Origin: Candidatus Obscuribacteraceae bacterium
GTDB taxonomy: Bacteria > Cyanobacteriota > Vampirovibrionia > Obscuribacterales > Obscuribacteraceae
Assembly: GCA_044226015.1 (NCBI GenBank)
Contig: JBGAHS010000001.1
Location: forward strand, 256,001 to 320,000
DNA: 64,000 bases
Reading direction: 5' to 3'
The notes under the pieces were generated by a model. It made no database searches and was not told the DNA's origin. It saw nothing but the letters and a program-made list of their open reading frames with translations. Below are positions 20,390 through 27,641 of this stretch, in pieces (the stretch's first letter is position 1; the number at the start of each line of letters is the position of its first letter). The position numbers were made by a program, and so were the translations under genes.

Positions 20390-21703
20390 GTGATTGAGTT
20401 CATGCGCAGGCTGAATTTGGGCCGGTTCAAAAGAAGGATCATCGAAGTGGAAACAGTGAAAGAATCTGAGCAGAACACAATTCCCGCTGACATTATGGCT
20501 GAGGCGGAAGAACTGGTAAGAGGCTCGGAAGTATTGCCAGATGGCGCAAAGGGGCTCGCTTTTCGATTGTGGGAAGCTAAGAAGGAAGGGCGTAAGCTGC
20601 GTGTCAAGCTTGGCGTAGACCCAACTTCGACCGATTTGCACCTGGGTCACGCTGTTGTTTTTCGCAAACTGCGCCGTTTTCAGGAGTATGGTCATCAAAT
20701 CGTTCTCATAATTGGTGGATTCACCGCACAAATAGGTGACCCTTCTGGTCGCGATAAGACTCGCCCACCGTTGACGGCTCAAGACGTCGCGAAAAACGCT
20801 CAAACCTACATTAACCAGATGGGGCTTATCCTCGATATGAATAAGACCGAGGTAACAAACAATGCCGATTGGTTGGCGCCTCTTGATTTAAGTAAGGTGC
20901 TGCAGCTTGCGAGTTTTGCAACTGTGAATCAAATGCTTCAAAAAGAAGCCTTTGGTGAGCGCATGGAGAAGCAATTGCCAATTGCAATGCATGAGCTGTT
21001 TTATCCGATGCTTCAAGCATACGACTCTGTCGCAATTAAGAGTGATATCGAACTTGGTGGCACAGATCAGCGCTTCAATATTCTGCAAGGACGTGAACTG
21101 CAACCGAAGTATGGCTTGAAACCTCAGCTTGGTATGTTCTTACCTCTTCTTGAAGGTACTGACGGCGTTCAAAAAATGTCCAAGTCCTACAACAATTACA
21201 TTTCATTGAAAGATGAGCCTAATGATATGTTCGGCAAGTGCATGAGAATTCCAGATGAACTCATTGTTCGCTATTTCGAACTGACTACGACTCTCACTGG
21301 TGCTGAAATTGACGCAATTACTGAGCAACTCAAGAATGGCTCAAATCCAAAAGATATGAAGGAAAAATTGGGACATCAAATCGTCAGGCAATATCATGGT
21401 GAAGAAAACGCTGACAAAGCGCTGGCTGAATGGAAGAAAGTCCACAGTGCTAAGCAAATGCCAGACGACATTCCTTCGCACAATTCTTCCATGAGCAAAG
21501 AAACCACATTAGCCAAAGCTCTTCAGGAAGTTGGCTTTGCTGCTTCTGGTGGCGAGGCTAAGCGCCTCTGTGCTGACGGCGCTGTGCGTGTGGACGGAGA
21601 GCAGATAAAGGACCCACAGAAAAAACTTGGGGAAATATCGCAAACGCCGGAAATCGTTTTGCAAAGGGGCAGGAGAGACTTCATTCGCATCAGTTTGAAT
21701 TGA
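20390..21703 (+). CDS. tyrS: Tyrosyl-tRNA synthetase
   Basis: KLGVDPTSTDLHLGH, GDPSGR, ELGGTDQRFN, KMSKS, C-terminal S4 domain; start uncertain. Confidence 0.97.
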   Translation: MIEFMRRLNLGRFKRRIIEVETVKESEQNTIPADIMAEAEELVRGSEVLPDGAKGLAFRLWEAKKEGRKLRVKLGVDPTSTDLHLGHAVVFRKLRRFQEYGHQIVLIIGGFTAQIGDPSGRDKTRPPLTAQDVAKNAQTYINQMGLILDMNKTEVTNNADWLAPLDLSKVLQLASFATVNQMLQKEAFGERMEKQLPIAMHELFYPMLQAYDSVAIKSDIELGGTDQRFNILQGRELQPKYGLKPQLGMFLPLLEGTDGVQKMSKSYNNYISLKDEPNDMFGKCMRIPDELIVRYFELTTTLTGAEIDAITEQLKNGSNPKDMKEKLGHQIVRQYHGEENADKALAEWKKVHSAKQMPDDIPSHNSSMSKETTLAKALQEVGFAASGGEAKRLCADGAVRVDGEQIKDPQKKLGEISQTPEIVLQRGRRDFIRISLN

Positions 21704-21945
21704 ATTTTCTGACTGCATAAGCGAACATACTGGGGAAATTACGCAGCTCTGCTTTGCAATTCTAAACGTTGCGATCAGGCTCTGGGTGCGGCTTTTCGTA
21801 AGCCAGGCTCTTTACGCGTTTTTGTATGAGATACAGATAAACTAGCAATCTGTCCAGGAAAGAATTTTCGGGTATAAACTCGTCTTGGCGAATCGGGAAT
21901 TTGGGATCGAGCTTAGCTATCGGCTAGTGATAGGAGTACGAGCCA

Positions 21946-22608
21946 ATGCCGGAATTTAGTGATAAAACGACTTCAAAAAATGTAGAACAGGACGTACAGG
22001 TGCCAGTGCTTCATGATGATGCATGGAGATCAGGAAGCCTCAACCAGCTTCGTGATATTGTGAAGAGCACTAGCAGTGGTGCCCCTGTTCAAGAACTCAC
22101 CGTGACACGTGTTTCGGATACAGATGCTGCTCCTTTGCAGAAAAAGAATCCGCAAGACAATTTAATTCCTCCAGCTCTGGATAAAAATCTGAAGGATGTG
22201 CAGAATATTCTGCAAGAAACTCAGAAGCAAATCGCAGAATTGCGCCTGCATTACGATAAGAATCTCTATGATATGGAGCAAAGTCGCAGAGGCGTATTCT
22301 CAAACCCCTACAAGCTGATGACTGTGGGCACGGGAGCTATGGTTTTTCGCAGCAGTCCTGGCTTAGCTGCTGTGCCATTAACTGGTTTTGCAGCGCTGCA
22401 AGGTTATGACGACTTCAAAAACATGAAAGACGCTCTTAATTGGCAAACTAGAGGTAAGTATTCAATGGGGCTGGTTGCTGATGCTGCCATCGGTGCCGGT
22501 GCCCTCGGATTCTTGTCTGAGTCTGTTCCGATGAGATACAAAGCACCGCTTCTCATTGGCGGCTTCCTTGTAAGAAGTGCTCTGGATTTTGTTCCAAATA
22601 AGCGTTAG
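21946..22608 (+). CDS. Hypothetical protein with coiled coil and Gly/Ala-rich hydrophobic C-terminal helices
   Basis: SD TAGGAG upstream; 220-aa ORF. Confidence 0.75.
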   Translation: MPEFSDKTTSKNVEQDVQVPVLHDDAWRSGSLNQLRDIVKSTSSGAPVQELTVTRVSDTDAAPLQKKNPQDNLIPPALDKNLKDVQNILQETQKQIAELRLHYDKNLYDMEQSRRGVFSNPYKLMTVGTGAMVFRSSPGLAAVPLTGFAALQGYDDFKNMKDALNWQTRGKYSMGLVADAAIGAGALGFLSESVPMRYKAPLLIGGFLVRSALDFVPNKR

Positions 22609-22623
22609 TGCAAAAAAGTAAAC

Positions 22624-25371
22624 TCACTTTTCATCAACAAACTTGAAAGGTGTGCATGGTTTTACGGGATACTTCGAATGCTCGGAGTATCCCGATTCTT
22701 TTACCGCACGGTCGGCCAGGCGCTTGAACTCTTCGCTCTTTGTTCTTTTTGCTAGAGCATTTGCAATAACTGCGAATGCTTTTGTCGGAGCGACGGCTCT
22801 GTTCAGAGCGCGCTTTATACTTTCGCACGCAAGCTCGTCTTCTTTCATGTCTATGGCAACAATCATCAGTTCAGCGCTCTTTGGAAGTACATCTCTTTGC
22901 TGTTGTGCTGCATATAAAACATTCCATCCAGATTGATTCCATTCATTGTCTAGATGTTTTGCCGCATCGTCTGCTTTATTCAGTCCGGCGTAAATCATGC
23001 TAGCAAAATGTGCATTATCTGATTTCGCGTCCGTGGCTGACGGCAAGTTTTGAGCTTTGTCGAGGCAAATCCATGCTTCCTTGTAATCACGTTTTTGCAT
23101 TGCCAGGTACATCTTTGATGAGAGCACGGCTCTCTGGCACATGCCATTGGAATTCTCGTCAGAACACTTACCTAAACTTAGAACCGCTTGCATCATATCT
23201 GCTGATTGAACTCGATAAAAAAGTTTCGCAAATCTGCCCAGGTTGTATTTTGTGAATCTGCCTTCAAGAGAGCCGCCCTTGGTAGTAATGCACTCTTTGA
23301 ATTTGTTCAGAACGCTAACGCCTGTTGTTTCATCATTGGCAGACATACAAGCTTTCAGGGTAAGGAAATACTCGTCGTAGATTAGCGCGGGCTGTCTGAG
23401 CGTATCCACGCTTTCAAATCTGGGAAGCTGTACTTCGAGTTGATGACAAATTTTTATCGCCTCGCTGTGCTTGTTTTCTGCACACAGGAGGTCGACTTCC
23501 AGTTGCCCAAGCAGCGCCGATGTTTCAAAATTCATGCTCTTTAGTTGTTTGAGAGCCTCTCTGGCTCGAGCAAGTTCTCCTTCTTGAGTTGCAGTCGAAA
23601 TGAAATACTCTAGTATTTCACGCTTGCCTCGAATTGATTTCGTTTTCGCCAGGAAAGTATCAAACTGAGAAAGAGCTCGTTCTGTGTCTCTGAAGCATAG
23701 CTGTTGAAATTCCTGTGAAGAGGCTGTTCCCGCGTGGTTTGCCTCGATTTCTGGAAGCTTTTGGACTGCCTCTAGCAAGCTCACACAATCTTTTATATCG
23801 ATGACTTGTGCAAAAAGAAATGTGGCATTGTATTCGTCATCTTCAGTCGGTGCGATGTTCTTCTTGATTGCAGCAATTATTGCCTCTGCTGCTTCGTGTT
23901 TTGTTTCAGGATCTAGAGGACCCGAAAACGCATTTACGCGGCGAATTAATGGCATCATGATCATTTTGCTTTTGGCAGCCGGTGCTCCGGTATTCAGCAT
24001 TTCGTTTAGGCAACGCGACATGGCTACTATTGCTGCTTGATTTAGCTCACCAGAGTCGCAAAGTTGAATTGCATTGTTGGCTCTCTGTAAGAGTCTCTGC
24101 CGCTCCTGTGAACTGAGGCTATTGCTATTCTTGATCGCTTCCAGTGCACCTAAAATTGAGTCGATTGCTTTTTGTTGATCTGATGCTTTCATATAGCAAT
24201 CTGCAATTTCGAGCAGGTATGCTGGAATCTTTGGAGAGAATTCGGCTTCTCTTGCGATAAAGTCCTTGTAGATGGAGATGCGAATGGCTGGTTTTGCAGT
24301 TCGATCTAACAAGAAATTTTCGTACGGAATCGCTGCGGGCGATTTTTGCATTACAGTGAGCAGTTGCTTGTCGAGGAGACTAACAATTACAGAGGCTAGA
24401 ACGACAATGAGGGCACAGAGGCAAGCGACAGTGGCAAGCGCTTTGCCAGAGAATTTTGGACCTTCTTTTATTTTCTGGGCCCAGTTCGTATTCAAATACT
24501 GAGTTTGCAAAAAAGTGCCAGGGTCAGCAATAGCGTTCTTAATATCTCTGGCAGATTGAAATCGTTGATCGGGATCTTTTTGTAAGCATTTCAAGATCAA
24601 ATTCGAAAATTCTTTCGCGGACTTAGCATCGTCCCAATCAAGTTTTGGTGCGGGCGGTGACTCTGCCTGGTGCATGTAGAGCAGTCCGATAGCGCTGCTT
24701 GAATTAAACGGGAAGTCGCCAGAGACCATTCGATATAAAACACAACCCAAAGAGTAGATATCACTTCGCTCGTCTAATTGTCCACCGCGGCTTTGTTCCG
24801 GGCTCATAAAGGAAGGATTGCCCACTAGCAGTCCTGTAGCTGTAAGTCTGCTCAGGCTCTCGCTGTCCATTGGAGCCATAAGCGAAGATAGTCCAAAATC
24901 TATTATCTTCACTCCCGGGTCGTTTCTATCACCCACAAGAAAGATGTTTGCAGTGCTGAGATCGCGATGAATCACGTCAAAGGAATGTGCATAAATCAAT
25001 CCTTCTGTAATTTCTGCCGTAATCTTTTTTGCGAGTTTCTCACTAATGCTGCCTTCTCTAAGCAGACGTGATTCGAGGCTCTCGCCCTCAAGGTACTCCA
25101 TGAGCAGGCATGATGAAAAATCGTCGAGCGTTTCAAAAGAGTAAACTGTGAGGATGTTTGGGTGGCGAAGCTTAGCCAGGACTTTTGCTTCACGCTGGAA
25201 CCTCTCTTCGGTTCCTTCCTGATCATTAGCTGTCGACTTGAGAACCTTTATTGCTACTTTTCTATTTAGCTCGTGGTCTAAAGCTAGATAAACAGTGGCA
25301 AAACCTCCCTCACCCAATTGGTCGAGAATTTCGTACCTGGATTTCCATTTGAGTCCAGTTTTTAGGAGCAT
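22624..25371 (-). CDS. Membrane Hanks-type Ser/Thr protein kinase with long helical C-terminal region
   Basis: GEGGFA, VAIK, HRDLSTAN, DFG, FMSPE; TM ALATVACLCALIVVLASVIV. ATG 25371 preferred because the ORF-track start lies in an upstream terminator. Confidence 0.9.
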   Translation of the reverse strand: MLLKTGLKWKSRYEILDQLGEGGFATVYLALDHELNRKVAIKVLKSTANDQEGTEERFQREAKVLAKLRHPNILTVYSFETLDDFSSCLLMEYLEGESLESRLLREGSISEKLAKKITAEITEGLIYAHSFDVIHRDLSTANIFLVGDRNDPGVKIIDFGLSSLMAPMDSESLSRLTATGLLVGNPSFMSPEQSRGGQLDERSDIYSLGCVLYRMVSGDFPFNSSSAIGLLYMHQAESPPAPKLDWDDAKSAKEFSNLILKCLQKDPDQRFQSARDIKNAIADPGTFLQTQYLNTNWAQKIKEGPKFSGKALATVACLCALIVVLASVIVSLLDKQLLTVMQKSPAAIPYENFLLDRTAKPAIRISIYKDFIAREAEFSPKIPAYLLEIADCYMKASDQQKAIDSILGALEAIKNSNSLSSQERQRLLQRANNAIQLCDSGELNQAAIVAMSRCLNEMLNTGAPAAKSKMIMMPLIRRVNAFSGPLDPETKHEAAEAIIAAIKKNIAPTEDDEYNATFLFAQVIDIKDCVSLLEAVQKLPEIEANHAGTASSQEFQQLCFRDTERALSQFDTFLAKTKSIRGKREILEYFISTATQEGELARAREALKQLKSMNFETSALLGQLEVDLLCAENKHSEAIKICHQLEVQLPRFESVDTLRQPALIYDEYFLTLKACMSANDETTGVSVLNKFKECITTKGGSLEGRFTKYNLGRFAKLFYRVQSADMMQAVLSLGKCSDENSNGMCQRAVLSSKMYLAMQKRDYKEAWICLDKAQNLPSATDAKSDNAHFASMIYAGLNKADDAAKHLDNEWNQSGWNVLYAAQQQRDVLPKSAELMIVAIDMKEDELACESIKRALNRAVAPTKAFAVIANALAKRTKSEEFKRLADRAVKESGYSEHSKYPVKPCTPFKFVDEK

Positions 25372-25441
25372 CGAAGCTGTCTGCCAGGGAGTACTTAATA
25401 TCCATTCCCCGTTCTGTGGCAACTTACTCCGGTCATTAAGC

Positions 25442-25474
25442 AAAAAAAGAGGAGCCCGTCCCCACGAGCCCCTC
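25442..25474 (-). terminator. Intrinsic terminator of MshEN-repeat gene
   Basis: Minus strand AGAGGGGCTCGTGGGACGGGCTCCTCT followed by a T run. Confidence 0.75.
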
Positions 25475-25525
25475 TATTGATCCATGCATGCCCCTCTCCA
25501 TGGTGCTTGCACATCAAAATTGTTT

Positions 25526-26410
25526 TTAGCTTGCGATAAGTTGAGCCTCTTTGGAAAGTGTTCCGAGATTTCTTAGTACTGTCGAAGTAGACAAGAAAAG
25601 TTCATTGCAAAGTGTTTGCGCGTGATTAACTGAAACAGTCCCTTCGGCCAACATTCTGTTTATGGAAATTGATGCTGCAAATTTCAAATTTGCGATAATC
25701 GTATTGGAAGTTAGAGAGCCCTTCCAGAGAGCTTCTCTCTGCAGTGCTTCTTCAATTATGTCCACTACCTCATGTTCCGTCAGAATGCCTGATTCGATTA
25801 ATTCCTCGCTAATGCTGTGAATCGGTGAGGATTCTAATCCCATCAAATCGCTGATGCTGCGACCTGTTCGTAGCACGGCTCGCATTGCAGCCACGCCATG
25901 CTCGTAAGTGATGTCGCCGCTACGCACCAAAATTATGGTATCAAGCGCAGCTTTGCGGAGGTCCATGGTAAGTTTTCCCTGCACAGTCAGGACGCGGCCC
26001 AGGGCATAGTCATGCTTGATTGCAAGGGCTAACGATGAGCCTAATTGATGTGACTCAATTATTCCTACATCCATCAGCAGTTTGGCAAACTGATGTATTT
26101 GCTCGTTTGCATGCAACCAACGGCCTCTTGCAAGCGCAGCTTCAGCATCCATTTTTTGCTCTTTCACCAGTCTGAGTGCATCGACTGCATGTCTGTACGA
26201 AATCAGTGATTGGCGCAACATACGTTGTGCAGTGAGTGCGGTTCGGAGATGGTAATCCGATACTAAACCTGAGTACAGAAGCACCTGACCAATGCGGACG
26301 CAATGCTCTTTTGCTTTTTCCAGCGCTATGTCGAGTAATTTGGGTTCAAGAATACCTGAATCAACCAACAGTTGCCCAACCAGTATGGGCACTAGTTTCT
26401 TGTATTGCAT
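25526..26410 (-). CDS. Stand-alone protein of tandem MshEN-like (GSPII_N) motifs
   Basis: LVGQLLVDSGIL...ALEKA, 5-aa linker, RIGQVLLYSGLVSDYHLRTALTAQ, plus degenerate copies; SD GGAG. Confidence 0.7.
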   Translation of the reverse strand: MQYKKLVPILVGQLLVDSGILEPKLLDIALEKAKEHCVRIGQVLLYSGLVSDYHLRTALTAQRMLRQSLISYRHAVDALRLVKEQKMDAEAALARGRWLHANEQIHQFAKLLMDVGIIESHQLGSSLALAIKHDYALGRVLTVQGKLTMDLRKAALDTIILVRSGDITYEHGVAAMRAVLRTGRSISDLMGLESSPIHSISEELIESGILTEHEVVDIIEEALQREALWKGSLTSNTIIANLKFAASISINRMLAEGTVSVNHAQTLCNELFLSTSTVLRNLGTLSKEAQLIAS

Positions 26411-26898
26411 TTAGTTTTTACTCCAGGGTGTGAAGCTCGATCCCGATCATCAAGCTTGGACTCTGATTCGGTTTAGAGGGTGCGAATCAGAATGGGTTTT
26501 GATGCACTGCAAAAAATCGCAGTGATGCGAAACAAATGGAAAGTAAAACTAACTGCGGGGCGTTAGTCGCTTTTTCTTATTTAGTAAGCCGTCGACTCTG
26601 CATTCGATGGTGGAAAAACATTAGCCCAAACATCAGGGATTGTCAAGGTGTTGCTCGTTAAATCCTTCTGGACGCTTGCCCGATACCTGTGTGTGGCGGG
26701 CTGTTGCCACCCTGATGGTGCCCCGGGACCTGTAGCTGCACTGGTTTGTGGCAGGGTCGGAGTGCCGATAAACCAGTGCGCAATCTCTAATGTAGTGACC
26801 CAAATTTGACCGGAACGTGACCCAAGGCCGACCGGGGCGTTGCGTATTCTTGTTCTCACAAGCAAGCAATTAACGCGGTTGACCCGCCGGAGGACAAA

Positions 26899-27321
26899 AT
26901 GGCTAACGATATCGAAGTAGCAGTAAAGCATGCAGTTGAGAAGCAACACCTGAAGCCAGGAACAGAAGTCAGCAATGAAGCGGCGATGACAATGATGAAT
27001 GATGTGTGGAAGGAAGTGGCTCAGAAGCAAAGTAAATGGACTGACAAACCAGTAAGTGCAGACACAATGAAAGTAGCGGCCGACAAGTTGTCAAATTCAT
27101 TGCAAAAGTATGGTGTTAAAGACATTGAGTTTTACGACAGCAACAATGATGGCAAGGCAGACAAAAACGATGCAGTTGCAGTGAAGAAGGGCATTATCTT
27201 CGGAAACAGTGACTATAAACTGGGAGATAGACCTACTGCAGCAGAGCCGGGACCAATGCAGATTCGCCAGATCAAGGAATACAACAAGGACCCACGCGAT
27301 ATCAAGATTCAAGGCTATTAA
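26899..27321 (+). CDS. Hypothetical protein with EF-hand-like loop
   Basis: SD GGAGG; DSNNDGKADKND (DxNxDG) motif. Confidence 0.75.
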   Translation: MANDIEVAVKHAVEKQHLKPGTEVSNEAAMTMMNDVWKEVAQKQSKWTDKPVSADTMKVAADKLSNSLQKYGVKDIEFYDSNNDGKADKNDAVAVKKGIIFGNSDYKLGDRPTAAEPGPMQIRQIKEYNKDPRDIKIQGY

Positions 27322-27356
27322 TTAGCGCCTCACTAGATTTCTCTCGCTGCTTGCTG

Positions 27357-27383
27357 GGAAGACCGACTTGTTCGGTCTTTTCC
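27357..27383. terminator. Hairpin/terminator between convergent genes
   Basis: GGAAGACCGA-CTTGT-TCGGTCTTTTCC. Confidence 0.6.
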
Positions 27384-27422
27384 ATTTGGATGAGTTTTGC
27401 TACAGCTACGCGACAAATGAAA

Positions 27423-27641
27423 CTATATTCGCGTTAACGTGCTGCGTGCCTCTTTGAGAATACGCAATACCTCGTCGTCATCTTCAATGTGCCGAAAGTT
27501 TTCAAATAGATCTTCGGAGTCAAAAATGTCGCCATAACGCCATTTGCTATCACGGAAGGATGCGCTGAAATTGTCAGTTTGATCAGCAATGAGAATTTCA
27601 CCGTCCGGTGACCTCATTGCGAGAACGTGATCCATCTTCAA
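27423..27641 (-). CDS. Small acidic protein, putative immunity/antitoxin
   Basis: 72-aa ORF whose TTG start overlaps the upstream TGA (alternative ATG at 27635); SD GGAGG lies inside the upstream gene end. Confidence 0.6.
   Translation of the reverse strand: MKMDHVLAMRSPDGEILIADQTDNFSASFRDSKWRYGDIFDSEDLFENFRHIEDDDEVLRILKEARSTLTRI

Noticed and set aside
24945..24972. HRDLSTAN as sign of a pseudokinase
   Set aside because: Catalytic Asp/Asn, VAIK and DFG are intact, and HRDxS variants occur in bacterial Hanks kinases.
26700..26800. Cobalamin or c-di-AMP riboswitch
   Set aside because: Only partial word matches; core GGGAA/B12-box and ydaO motifs are missing. Kept only as an unassigned structured leader.
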